Positions 63,615 to 64,000 of a DNA stretch of 64,000 nt are shown here, piece after piece. The stretch spans positions 262,595 through 326,594 of the forward strand of contig NW_004797514.1 in the NCBI RefSeq assembly GCF_000002075.1, in the 5' to 3' direction. A program made the position numbers and the translations under genes. The notes under the pieces are model-generated. The model saw nothing but the letters and a program-made list of their open reading frames with translations. It had not been told where the DNA came from and searched no databases. This stretch comes from Aplysia californica (lineage: Eukaryota). Each line of letters begins with the position of its first letter. Positions within the stretch are counted from its first letter, which is position 1.

Positions 63615-64000
63615 GTGAGTTATTTCCTCCGTATTCGGATAAGTTGTCCTTTTGGGAATTCTTTTGCTGCTTGTATCGATAATTTTGTCATAGAGGGTTT
63701 ATTCATTGTGTTTATTGTACAGTAAACTTGTTGTTACTTTGCATAATGAATGATGAATATAAATTCCACTTGCACCTTCTGTATCAGTGACCGGTAACTT
63801 TCAGTTGGTGCTGTTTTAACAGAGCCCGCTGATGAATGGTGATTTCTTTTTCCAATAGAGACCAATAGATAATATAGGCCTATTCACACTCTGATTCCTG
63901 TTCCTGATATCGTTAGATTTGTCAAAAGAAAGTTTTGAATACTAAGATGTACCCTTTTATGGTGATTAAAAATGTGACCAACTTTTGCTGTCTCTCTGTT

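Overview
Eukaryotic, intron-rich, gapped (N-run) invertebrate genomic DNA, most likely a gastropod mollusc (inferred from an ADEL-type lectin and the repeat repertoire). Four spliced genes were reconstructed by hand with phase-consistent GT-AG junctions. (1) The 5' part of a signal-peptide-bearing, cysteine-containing cadherin-repeat gene (minus, 7 coding exons, 10790->747, continuing off the left edge). (2) An apparently complete 3-exon secreted two-domain DUF3011/ADEL-like lectin (minus, 29319->26911, 159 aa) with TATA/Inr and AATAAA. (3) A complete 12-exon NCKIPSD/SPIN90/WISH gene (minus, 55785->43897, 920 aa). (4) Exons 1-7 of cytosolic seryl-tRNA synthetase SARS1 (plus, from 56593), head-to-head with NCKIPSD. 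Non-coding DNA holds many mobile elements, several with intact termini and target-site duplications (TSDs): a P-element-like MITE family (4 copies, 7-bp TSDs), piggyBac-like and Tc1/mariner-pogo-like MITEs, tRNA-headed SINEs, headless SINE-like families sharing a covarying 3' stem-loop, RTE LINE fragments, and a 581-bp bipartite retroelement with a heavily structured 5' RNA. No prokaryotic systems, CRISPR arrays, rRNA or genuine tRNA genes were seen. All coordinates were read by eye; family assignments come from remembered motifs, not database searches.
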